A stretch of 64,000 nt of DNA from Utricularia gibba (taxonomy: Eukaryota; Plantae; Magnoliophyta): the NCBI GenBank assembly GCA_002189035.1, contig CM007990.1, positions 806,001 through 870,000 on the forward strand, read 5' to 3'. The notes under the pieces were generated by a model, which saw only the letters and a list, made by a program, of their open reading frames with translations, searched no databases and was not told where the DNA came from. Positions within the stretch are counted from its first letter, which is position 1. Each line of letters opens with the position of its first letter. A program made the translations under genes and the position numbers. Of this stretch, positions 33,081-44,965 are shown in pieces.

Positions 33081-34076
33081 TAATAGCTCAACCTACACCA
33101 CAAATGACCATCATATTTAAAAAAAAAATACAAATGATATTCAAGTATAATTTTATATGCATAATTTTAAATTATATTAAAAAATAAAAAAAGATGGGCA
33201 ATCAAACAACACCTATAAATACGTGTTGGTTAATTTTTAATTTCCCCATTAAAAATTTAAGCTAATCAAACAACACCTATAAATATCATATCCAACTCTA
33301 CAAGTAACAAATGCTCCATCGCTAATAAAAGGTTGTTTCTCGAGTAATAGTGAATGCAACAAAATAAAGATTAATATCTTAGGTTTTTAAAATAAAAGAT
33401 TGATTATATATTGCTATAAAATGTGGAATTATAGTAAAATTCATTTGTAAAGTATTTACAAATGGATATTTACAATTTATTAAAAATAAAAAAAAGCTTC
33501 TAGATTTTTTTTAAAAGTAAAAGTCATTTGTAATTTATAATAAAATTTATTGTACAACGTTACAATTTTTTTTCCAGAAACCAAAAAGAAAAACAAAAAA
33601 AAACAAATATTCTACCGTTTTCTAATAAAGAAAATGAAAAAATGGAAAGAATGAGGGCCGCGGCCCATCTTTGGACCGTTGGGGAGAGAAAAAATAGGGA
33701 AAAAGCCCTAAGCCCCGTTTCTTGACTGGAATTTCTGGTCTGCAAAGAGCAAAGAGGTTAGATCGGATTTCTCGTCTTTTGTTACTGCATGAATTCGGCT
33801 TCATTTAAGAATTAGCTCTCAATTTTGTTGAAAGAAAATTCAAATTTCGGTAGTTTCAGAGAACATTGGCTGGTCTGCGAACCAGCGCCGCGTATGGGTG
33901 TGATACCGGATGAATTTGAGACTAAACAGGACTTGTTTAAATCTTCCGCTTGGAAATCGTAGAATTGAGCACTGTATTTTGGTCGAAGATCTTGTTCCTT
34001 TTTTTTTTTGATAAACAATGACTTTCTTTCCCCCGGATGCGTTCTTGATGGGTTATTTGGGTGTTGCGTCAGTGGC

Positions 34077-34928
34077 ATGGCGGGAGCAGGGAGTTCCATG
34101 ACGTACTCGTTTCTTCTATTCGTGGCTACACTATCTCTGCAAGAAGTATATAGAGCAAAGTTGGCATCGTCAGAGCTATTCACCATTCTTGGAGGATTTA
34201 CCAGCTCTCTGTTGTTCCTGCTTCTGCTGACTGTAATTTCTCGTGTCCATTTAGCGAATTTGAATCCAGTTTGATTTTTTTTTTCCTTAATGTAATGGCT
34301 TATACCTTTCATCGACAGTGTATAGATTCTTATGCATGGATCAAGGGCTGACCTTGGTGTTCGTTGTGCTGTTTATTCCCAAAAGTCTTGTCTTTGTCTG
34401 TGAATAATTGGTCACGTTTGTGGTTTTCTTTTATTACCGTATTACTGTCTGACATCGAATCTATTCCCCAGTTCATTGGTAATTATCAGGAAACACTGGG
34501 CGTTAAAACTGGGTGGGGTGCAGGTATGATTCTGTCATTTCAATATGGATTTTAGGCTTCATAGAGGTTCATGAAGGTGTGGATCATCCGACGCTACTTT
34601 TCTGTTTCTTTAATCCAAATGCTTCTGATTTCTTGAATTTTATTCAGTTATTGCGGCGGAAGCAGTGGCGCTGATAGCAGCCAGCACCGTTCATCGTGTT
34701 TGTATCACAACTTGGTAAACAACCATCCTTTAGACTGTTGGAAACTTTTCTGCCGTATGAATGTGCTCATGTTTTAATTTTAAGAATGTGAATGTATTCT
34801 GGGTATTTCACAACTCACTATTCCTTTCTACGTGCAGTTTTTTGTTCTCCGTAGTCCTATTGTATGAGGTCAATAAACTCTCAGAGATGCTGCTGTCCAA
34901 GACTGAGCCCAAGACTAAAAGGTTTTGA
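34077..34928 (+). CDS. KRTCAP2: KRTCAP2/KCP2-like oligosaccharyltransferase subunit. Exons 34077-34232, 34472-34523, 34648-34714, 34838-34928.
   Basis: Spliced product contains LASSELFTILGGFTSSLLFLLLLT-FIGNYQE..GWG-AVIAAEAVALIAASTVHRVCITTCFLFS. All introns are GT-AG. Confidence 0.9.
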
Positions 34929-36127
34929 GAGAAATTTACATGCATCAGTAGAGATGGCCCCTGAATCATCATCCTGTTTTATCTGTACTTGTGTTCTTGA
35001 TAACTGATGAGCTGACAATCATGTATACTTGTGCTTGTATACTTCCTTTTGATCAATGAACTTCTAGACTGGAAGCCAGTCATATGCTTGGCAAAGGCCT
35101 TTTCCTTGCCGGTTTTAAACCGGATTCGGGCCGGAATCCGGTTTAAATCGATATTAACCGGTTCGTCTCGTGGGTTTGAACCGTTTGAGAATTATGGAAT
35201 TTGTGAAGCTGCACGAAATGGGAATATGTTTTAATAAAATTTGTCCATCTTCATCCATTAAGAGCAAGATTATTCTAATGCAGAATCTCCTAAGCTTCAT
35301 TACCCTTGATTGTTGTTGGAAGTTTTTGAAAGATGGACTGGGAAGTGTGAAAGACTAGATTACCCCCGTTCCAAGTCGTCGGGTATAAAATGGTGGAGGA
35401 GAAACCTAGAAGGAAATTTCCGTTTCATTCCTGGAATTTCCGCCCTGCAAAGAGGTTAGATCTGATTCATCGCATTTGTTTCATTTGATCTTTGTATCGC
35501 ATGCCGTTTCAGATCGATCAATTGTGTGGTTTTCTTGGTTCGATTTGTCATTGTTGGACGTTCAGAGGATTTGACCGTGTTTGCGCGTCGATGAAGTGTA
35601 GCTCTTTGATTTTCCGAAGGAAACTAGTCCCTTTTTTGTTTCGCCTGCGAATGAGCGGCTTGTGAGTGCAGATTTTTGGGTTTACTTGCGATGTCTGATG
35701 ATATTTTGGAAATTTCAACCCTTTGTATGCTCGTTTTTGTATTTTGAGACTCGGTCAAATTTCTTGAGTGTTCTCGCATCCAAATTGTGAGATGATCGCA
35801 ATTCCAGTTGTCTAGGGTTGCAATGTTCGTTTTATTTTTTGCGATAATTAATCAAAACTCAAACCGTTTCGTTAGGCAGTTGAATTTCGTAATGCACAGA
35901 GTATGTGGTTCGATGGAAGCTCCTTGTGCAATGGGTTCTGTCAGAAAACGTGTCTGTGTGTATAACTTGACTTTTGTGTCCTACATGGAGTTCTGACTTG
36001 TGAATTTTCCATAGTCTCCAACTCTTTTAAATAATGCTTGTTGCTGGTTCTCATATTTCCAAGTTTACATCTTCTTGGTGTTGGTATTCACTCGTGCTTC
36101 CATTGCAAAAAGTGAGGCTGTAGAGAA

Positions 36128-36376
36128 ATGGCAACTGGTGGAGCTGCACCCCAAAGAGGAACTGCTGCTGCAGCTGCGGCAAACCTCCGGCGAAGGAGAA
36201 CCACATCTGCTGGAGCTGCTGGTGGAGCAGGCGGCACCATGCTCCAATTCTACACCGACGATGCTCCGGGCCTCAAGATCTCCCCAAACGTGGTGCTGAT
36301 CATGAGCATTGGCTTCATCGCCTTTGTGGCAATACTCCACGTCATGGGAAAGCTCTACTTCGTCCGCAGAGAATAG
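36128..36376 (+). CDS. SEC61B: Protein translocon subunit Sec61-beta, 82 aa
   Basis: NLRRRR...[39 protein letters not shown] is diagnostic. Confidence 0.97.
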   Translation: MATGGAAPQRGTAAAAAANLRRRRTTSAGAAGGAGGTMLQFYTDDAPGLKISPNVVLIMSIGFIAFVAILHVMGKLYFVRRE

Positions 36377-37056
36377 GGCTTGCTCTCAAATCCATGTCGA
36401 ATTTTGTACTGTTAAGACAACCAGAGCATCTCACCTTACACCCCTTCATCAGTTGTAACGCACTGCCTGGAGCCCTACTGCTGCCCGACCTCAACCAGGA
36501 TTGCATTTTATTTAAAAAAAATACAAATTTAAAAATGTTTTTTTATTACAAAATGTGTAGATTTCAAGGTTTTATTGTATTAAAAACGTTTATTGAAATG
36601 TGATTTTCAAGAAATTGAATCAAAATGCTACTAAATATTCCTCTATAGACAATATTCAATTTGTGTATGGTAATGAGACACTTGCAAGAGATGAGATCCT
36701 CCAAAAACAAGAAATTCATTGAATTATCGTATTGAGTAGCAACATTTATTTTTTTTATAGTTTTTTTAAAAATATAAATTATTACAAACTAATCATTAAT
36801 TTCATCTATTAAAATAAAAAAATATTATTAAAACTGATTATTATTCTTTTTGAAACGCGTTCATGATTGCCGTGCGGTACACGCGAGACGGTTGAGAAGG
36901 AAGGAAATCTGACATGGCACTGAAATTGTGATAAATTAAAAAAGGGTTAGCGTAGTTAAACCCTACGATAATTCTCCTCTTCCCCTTGGAATGAAACAGT
37001 GCGCTCGTCGACGCCGGTGAGTCTTCTCCGCCGCCGCGACGTGGGAGGCTGTCCAA

Positions 37057-38051
37057 TCAGATTCTTGGCGGCGGACCCTCCACCGTCACTGCCGGACACC
37101 CTGAATTTTTTATTTAAATGATCCGCATTTCAAAAGTGTTCATTTGATTGCTGAATGTCGATATTACATCACTGCAGAAAGAAAGAAGAAACTTCACTTG
37201 GGAGGTTTTCTGAAGCAGAGTTGGCGGCGGGGGTGGTTTCCATCCGAGACTTGGTGGAGTTGTCCAGACTCGACGGCTGGGGTGGCTTTCTTCTCCGGCG
37301 GTTGTGATCCGCCAGCCTTCTCCGGCAACTCCTCTTCCCGTTATCGAATTCAGACAGCAGGTGGAATCTACAAAGAAAGGGAAGTAAAAGACCCCTGAAA
37401 TCGATTTGCCAGCGATGGGTGGATAGACGGAGACTGACTCCTTGTTCAAAGAACTGTGAAATGGCAATGAGAAATGCGATAGAACCTGCTACACTGTTGG
37501 CAGAATCGTTGAGTGAGGCCGGCGGTGATCACGGTGGCGGCTTTGGAGTGAAACTCACAAACCTTATGACGGCGATGATAATGCTTGGCGTAAGTGAGAT
37601 CGGCGTTGCAGCCCTGAGCTTGGCACCGGGGAGCATGAACGGAGCCAGAATCGAAGATTCTCGAACGGTGATACAAAAGATTCAAAAAATCATCATCGGA
37701 GGAAGAGAAATAGGTACGCCCACCAAAACCCAGGTTCAATCCAATTCTACTGTTCGACTCAAAGCTCCAATGCTCGGGTTCATTTTTCGGAACCACCACG
37801 AACCCCGACGCCATCGCCGCCCCCTGAGCAACCCCTTCATAGAAACCAAAGAACCCGGGGCTTATACCCTGGTGGTGGTGATACAAATAAGCCTCATTTG
37901 TCGGCGCCGCGGCGAACTGAACCTCCGGGAGCAAAAAATTTCCAGGGTAAGGATCCAAAACGTGAGCATTGTTGGAAACCTGAGACGACGATTCTTCCCC
38001 TGTGACCGCAAGCAACATCGGCGATGGATTCCCCCACTGGTAATCCAGCAT
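37057..38051 (-). CDS. SPL8: SBP-box transcription factor SPL8. Exons 38051-37486, 37367-37198, 37100-37057; C-terminus shortened by an early TGA.
   Basis: [10 protein letters not shown] start, RIGLNLG..GRTYFS motif and a complete SBP domain ([10 protein letters not shown]...RFCQQCSR|[27 protein letters not shown]). Confidence 0.93.
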
Positions 38052-38811
38052 CTCCACCCAAGAACTGGAATTGCTCTCTGCTCCACTGCAAGTACATATA
38101 TACATGGCATCGGTATGGGCCAGGCAGAGAGAAGCCAGCTCCGTTCCCCTCTTCGGTATTCGTGCCAAAAGCAGAGGAAAATTCAAAACCCTAATGGTGG
38201 AAGGAATTAAATGTGGCGACCCTGTGTTCCACGGCATTTACTCCATGGGGCCCTGGTCGCCGGGCCCCGGCTGCCGGACCACCGACCCTGCAAGTGAAGC
38301 CGGTGGCAAAGCAGGGTTAATCATTCCCCTCCTTCAATGCACGTGACTAAATAATTACACCAATGCCCCAATTATTAGCTTAATTACAGCGACAACACCC
38401 TCGTTAGTTACACGCCTGTTTTCTTAACCACCAACACCATCAGCTTTTTTTTTTCTTCAAAAAATTACGTTTTTTAAATGAAAATTGAGATTATATTTGA
38501 TTTATTTAAATTATTTAAATGTGGTCATATTTATAAAAAAATATTTTTTAAATATTTTCCCTTCTATTTTTTTTTATATTTTACATTTATTTCGAGTATT
38601 CATCTTTTTTATAATTAAAAATTTTTCAAAGTATAATAAAAAATATTTTTCAAATTTTGAATTATGAAACTTTGTATAATGTTACTATACAATATTTTAT
38701 AAATTTAATTACTAGGAGAATTAATATAAATATAAATATTTTGACAATACTTTCTATTCATTAAACACATGAAAATTAATATTTATAAGTAACATTTTTT
38801 AATAAAAAAGG

Positions 38812-38860
38812 CTAAACCCTACACCCTATAAACCCTAAAACTTAAAACCCTAAACTCTAA
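38812..38860 (+). repeat. Degenerate telomere-like (AAACCCT) array
   Basis: CTAAACCCTACACCCTATAAACCCTAAAACTTAAAACCCTAAACTCTAA. Confidence 0.55.
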
Positions 38861-41800
38861 TGTTTTATCAAATTTTTAAATTTTATTTAAATTAATTTAT
38901 TTTACGTTGAGTAATGAGAAATTTAAAACATTGGAGGGCTTTTACAACCACGAATCTTTTTAATTTTTTTACCTTTTTTTATTGACATTATTATTATTAT
39001 TTTTTGTTTTATCTCATTGGTTGGGGCCCACAAGGAGTATTGCGTCAATTGAATGAAAGTTTCATTACAAATGGTCCACTGTTGGTGTGATGTGCCCAAA
39101 CATTTAAAATATTATATATTTAGATATATTTTTTTATTTATTTAAAAATGTAATAATTTTTCTGCATCACTTTTAACCTGTTTGCCATGGCGCAGACCCC
39201 CCCTTCTCCCGCCGTCCCCCTCTCTGCATTTATTGTGCATTACGAGTCCTCATGCATGGGTTCGCATTCCCACATGAAATAGCGGAAGCGGACGGTGTTT
39301 TCGAGGGCTTTTGTGGGGGTTTTTGGAGGGGAATCCCAAGAGAGTAACTGTTAAAAGGTGGCTGGAGGACTATGGGAACGAACTGGAACCAGATCGATGG
39401 TCTTGTAGTAATGAGGCCTGCCTGTGTATTGTCTCTGTGTCTTGCTCCTATTATTGGCTGCCCCCACAGTGGGAAATATGGGTCGAAATTGGAAGGGCGG
39501 TCGAGAGTGAGCTTTCACTGACGCAAACAAGAGACACAACAGAACAGACCTTTGGGGTGTTCTGAATGATTGTCAGATCGAAACCAACTTGCCTCCTTCA
39601 ATAATTAATTGCAGTTTGTGTGGTGTGCTGTTTTCTCTGCTCTGGGATTTGAACTTGGGAAGCCCTCTTTCTAATTTCGTTCTTTGAGCCCTTGTTCACA
39701 ATAGCACAGTAGTCTGGTTATGGCCTGGTTCTGGGGTGATGATCACACATGGCAGGGATTGGGGATTTGGGGTTCCAGATTTCAGTCACAAAATGCTTCA
39801 TACGGATGCCATTGCAGGGATTGGATGCTCTTGATGCAGCAAAACGAGGGTAAACTCTGATGGGGTGGATGTTTCTCTTGCAACTACTGTGGTAAAGATG
39901 GGAACTCAGGTGGTGAAAAGGGGGGTCAAGTTTGGTGTTACAGTGGGAAGCTTGGGCGTACTTGGGAGTTCCCGACAAGGCAGTTAGATGTTGATCGGTG
40001 AAGTGGTGAGTGGTTGCGGACATAATTGCGAGACAAGGAAAGAGCTTCCCTGCCGTGGCAGTGAAACAAAGATCTGTGCTCACAAAACAACCATTTTTCT
40101 TGCATCCAAGAAAGGGATCCTTCATCTGCACCATTCATTGAATGTGCATATTTTAATATTTCCTCTTCCCGATTTTCAAAACACTGTTCTGCAGATCACA
40201 CACTCCTCCCACACCTAGTGGGAGTGCACAAACTCCCTGGCATTGTTCTGTGCACCAGCATTGGTTTTCTCTCCCAAACTGCCAACTCCTTCAGCTTGCT
40301 TTGGAGCCAGGAGCGAAACCCCAGAGAGCATGAACTGGTTTGGTTTGGCATCTCATCCATCCTTGGAGATGAACTGGGGCAGCTTAATGGGAATGGGTGG
40401 CATTCTAGAAGAGGATCCACATTTTGTCCCCACCTTGACAAGTCCCCAGAAGATTTAAAAGAAGCAGAGGGCAATCAATTGCCCCGCAGAGGGTGAATGC
40501 CGGAAAATTAATACCAGAAGATGAGCAGAAATGGATCCCCACCTAACGCAACTATCACACACACACACACGCCCACACCGAGTGGGAAAATGCAACTGAA
40601 AACTACTTCCAGACAGCCAAAGTCGGCCGGCGTTCCACAATCCTGACAAGAACTCCTATCTGAGAGGTGTCATGGAGTCCTCCGACGTGGCATCCCGATG
40701 ACGCTCCTCCGGCCCATTAACAGCGGACTCCAGTCTCAACGCCTAAATGGATCTGTTTTACATTGTTACTTCATACTTGGCATTTTTTAATCCGATAAAT
40801 GAACGATGATTAAATATTTTTCTAATATAAGATACGAATTATACACATACACATATATTATATGATTAAATATATTACGTGCATTGATTTATCTATAGAT
40901 CGATTTCAACATGGTTTTGGAGCGAATCGATATGTGAATAGTTCAATATTGAATGCTTAACTAAAGCTTTATATTTTGAAAAATGGGAAAATTTATGTAG
41001 ATAATATAAACTCTTTGTTCAAATGATATAATTGTGACAAATTTGATTCTTTGATCCCTTCTCATGCTCGTCTACTGCGCTGCATACCATTTATGTCTCC
41101 GTTTTTTATCATTAAATTTTTTTTAAAAGATAAAGTAGTTAAATATATTTGTAAAAAATATTTATTCAATATAATTTTTTAAAATATACAATAGATTATT
41201 TATCTATTCATATTAATTTAATTATAAAAAAAATATTAATTCATCACCCTCCATCGGCATTACACAATATTTTTCGTTTCAAAAATTCAATTCTTACTAT
41301 TTTATATTTTTCTCATCTTTGATTAAAAACTTATTTGGTGGTCACCTAAAATTATATCGGATAAAACACGCTTAATTTTAAAGTTATTATTAAGAATCAT
41401 ATAGCGTGCTTAAGAAAAGATTTCATACAAGATTTGGATAGTTTTACTTGACCTAATCTTCTTACTGTTTATAATCGATATGAAATTCATCTAAAATGTT
41501 TTATTATCTTTACTTGAATGAAACCTTATATTGTATCACAATTGTATCTATTGATAACTTATAAATTGTATTTTTTCGAATAGTTATGCTAATAAACATT
41601 CAGATAAAGTTCATATGAAACATTTTTCAGTTTTTTAATTCTAAATTATTCAAAATACAACATACAGATAAACTGATATGTATACGTGATCAAACACACG
41701 ATATATTTATATATTATGACGATTGACTATTGAAATTAGGATAAAAAGTAAGATTTAAAAATGTATGAAACATACCAATGCGTATTGACTGTATTATTTT

Positions 41801-42171
41801 AGAAGATTAATGGTGCCATTTTGAAAAAAAAATAATGACTTTACAATTATCAAAATTCAAACGACACGTGTAAGAGTTTTTCTTCATTACGCTGTCTTCT
41901 TGGAATTGCGAAGACCGCTTCGGCTTTGCATTGAGATTCTTGATTCCTCCAAATAAACATCCGGAGCTTTGGGAGGAATTGGTATGTTTGTCTTCGTTGG
42001 ATTGGTTCGGGATCAATTTGGTTTCCCCCATGGATTCTGAAAATTCCAGGAGGGGAGTATCAGGTAATTGTTGCGTTTGATACGCAGGATTTCGTATTTT
42101 TGTGTTGTTTTGGGGTTTTGGTTGAGGTGGTCGCTAATGGTCCTTTGCTCTCAATCTCGATTCGGGTGTGA

Positions 42172-44462
42172 ATGGCAGATTTGGAGAGGGCGACGGTGAG
42201 GGAATATCGCCCTGGTCTTCCTCAATTATTCACGTCGGTCCCAACTTTGAGTGAAGCTGCTTCTTATCTTGCCGAATCGACGTCTATCTTCACTCGCTGT
42301 TTGCCTGGTACTTCTGTAATCCTTTTTACGGTTCTCGGATTAGAGGCCATAGGATTGTTTGCTGGCATTATTTTTGAAATGATTCAATTTATATGAGGAT
42401 TATGGAATGTTGATACCAGATTCGTGTAGGAAATTGAATGTAGTAAGGCGAAGCTATAGGGGTGTTTTACGTTGTCTTGCTTTTCCCGTGTGATGAACTT
42501 CATGTTGTAGTTACCCAGACAAGGCTTTGCCTTGTATATTTTGAGTAAAATCTGTCTGTGTGCTGCTTCTCATCATCATTAGGGAGAGATTTGAAGATGT
42601 GTTACTTTTTTGTAGTAAGATCGCTCTCCCAAGATGATGATGATGATCGTGAAATGTTGTCATTTATCTCGGAAGAGGCTCGGCATATAACATCCAGTAG
42701 GAATGCTTCTTTACCAGGTGGATTTTCGTCAACTCAATCAGTTAAAACCGCACTTGATGCTCCAGAAGTCCATGGTGGAATAGCTACGGTCTCAAGTGCA
42801 GAGGTCCATGCTACGGTCTCAAGTGCAGAATCCTCTCAAAATCCCAACACACTAGTTTTATCTAGTACCACCAACACAAGCGGCACTTCCATCTTTCAAG
42901 GGTACAGTTTAATTCATCACAGTTTGATAGCAGTAGCCAGTAGGGGAACTCATTTTTGCTGTTTGTCACCTCTGCATTGTATTGAAAGCATTTACTGTTA
43001 CTTCTATTCATTTCAAAGTTTGAGTCTTGTGTCAAAATGAACAGATTGTATTCAGCTAACACGTTTTTCTTGTTACTAGACTCATTGAAAAGGTCAGGAG
43101 GACAGTTCGTGGCTCAGCTGATGACATTGCATGGTTACAGCATGATCCAGAAATGCCCCCAGTGGTGGATGGAACTGAAAGATTCACTGCAATTCTTGAT
43201 GATATACGGTAAAGGTATCTCAATAACTCTTTTGAGTAGAACATGTTTTTTTGATTTGGAAATTCTTCTATTCCTACAGGCATGGATTGCATGGGTTGCC
43301 AAATCATTTGATCTACTTACTAGTCCCAGGTATTTTCCACAACTCTATTTGGGTTCACCTATCATGCAGCGCTCTTTTTCGTTCGAGTGCCGATGGTTTT
43401 ACCCGTCTCTAGGTCTCTTCAGTAACCATGGACCCCTTTATTTCGTGAACACGAAAACAAGCTTTTCAAAACTAGGACTCACCTGCCACATAGCCAAAAT
43501 CCACAGCGAGGTATGTCATTTTAGCATGATGCGTGCTTAGTCCTTCCCCTGTTACATAATCAATTTGAATTTCAGGCTTCAGTAGAGAAGAATGCAAGAG
43601 AGATTAAAGAATATATCGAAGAACTGCATTGGGGGTCCAAGAAAAAAGTTCTAATACTTGGACATAGTAAAGGGGGTGTAGATACAGCTGCTGCCCTATC
43701 TATGTATTGGGATGAACTCAAGGGCAAGGTTGCTGGACTAGCACTAGCACAGAGCCCTTACGGTGGAAGTCCCATTGCCTCCGACATCTTACGTGAAGGG
43801 CAGATAGGCGATTATGTGAACATCCGTAAACTAATGGAGATCCTGATCTGTAAAGTGATCAAGGTATATCTAGAACATGATTGCTCATCTTTTTCCTTGA
43901 AATGTGATTGATCCTTCTCTGCTGAGTGCATCACAAAGTTGCAACAATGAACCATTTCCTAATATCTTCGTGGATTGTGAAGGGTGACTTGCAGGCTCTC
44001 GAGGACTTGACCTACGAGAAAAGGAAGTGTTTCCTGAGAAAATACAAGCTGCCGGAGGAGCTCCCCGTTGTTTCTTTCCACACGGAGGCAAGCATTTCCC
44101 CTGCAGTTTTAGCCACACTGTCCCGTGTCGCTCATGCAGAGCTCCCCATGTTCGGCGAACAACCAGCCACACTTCCAGTCATGATTCCTCTGGGTGCTGC
44201 AATGGCTGCATGCGCACAGCTGCTTCAGATGAGATACGGAGAGAAGAGCGACGGCTTGGTGACACGACGAGACGCCGAAGTTCCGGGCTCCGTCGTCGTC
44301 CGGCCGAAACGCAAGCTAGATCATGCTTGGATGGTGTATTCTTCTCTGAACGATGATCCATCGGAAGCCAGTGCTTCACAGGTATGTGAAGCGCTTCTAA
44401 CATTACTAGTTGAAGTTGGACACAGCAAGGGACATGAGCCAGGCAAGCTGCTGGACAGTTGA
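42172..44462 (+). CDS. Alpha/beta-hydrolase (lipase-motif GHSKG, PGAP1-like family), 7 exons
   Basis: Exons ~42172-42307, 42616-42901, 43080-43209, 43280-43329, 43413-43510, 43577-43863, 43983-44462. Motifs LILGHSKGGVD, QSPYGGSPIASD, SDGLV and LDHAWMVY. Confidence 0.9.
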
Positions 44463-44965
44463 AATGAATCACGTGGGATAATTAACTTCACTGTTAGACT
44501 TTTTTTTAAATATAATAATTTTGATTTAATTTGAGGATAATACATTTTGGGCCAAGTTTTTGATTCTTGGGGAAGGGGAAGCCCAGTTGAGATGTTACAC
44601 CAAGCCCAATTGTGGGATAAGGGGTTTTTTGGTAATTTCATTAATCAATGTTAAAATTGAATGTCGAATTAGCCCTCAGCGTTGATGACCATTTTACTCA
44701 CTATTAGGATAAATTATATTTGAAATAGGATTTATGTGAATTTAAAAATATTTTAAATGTAATTTTTCTTTTGTATTAAATACATATTTTTATATAAAAT
44801 TGGTTAACAAACAAATTTATTTATTTTTTATAACATCTAAAGGATAGAATGGTAAATTGTAATTTCTTCAGATTTGTGAAAGGCAGTTGGCCCAACGCAT
44901 TTGTTTATTGGGCCTGGTTCGATTCTCATATTGTTCGTGATCAGATGCTCCGTCGTCGATTAGCC

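Noticed and set aside
37419-38210. 263-aa plus-strand ORF
   Set aside because: It is the antisense shadow of SPL8 exon 1. The same applies to shadow ORFs over HAM, the PPR gene, the RRM gene and the hairpin arms.
37446-38237. SPL8 start at 38237 from the ORF track
   Set aside because: The conserved SPL8 N-terminus MLDYxW begins at ATG 38051, and the track ORF also runs into intron 1.
39340-39520. GRF WRC-domain remnant (ELEPDR-WSCSNEA)
   Set aside because: No QLQ domain, no KYCERH motif and no miR396 site; the match is too short.
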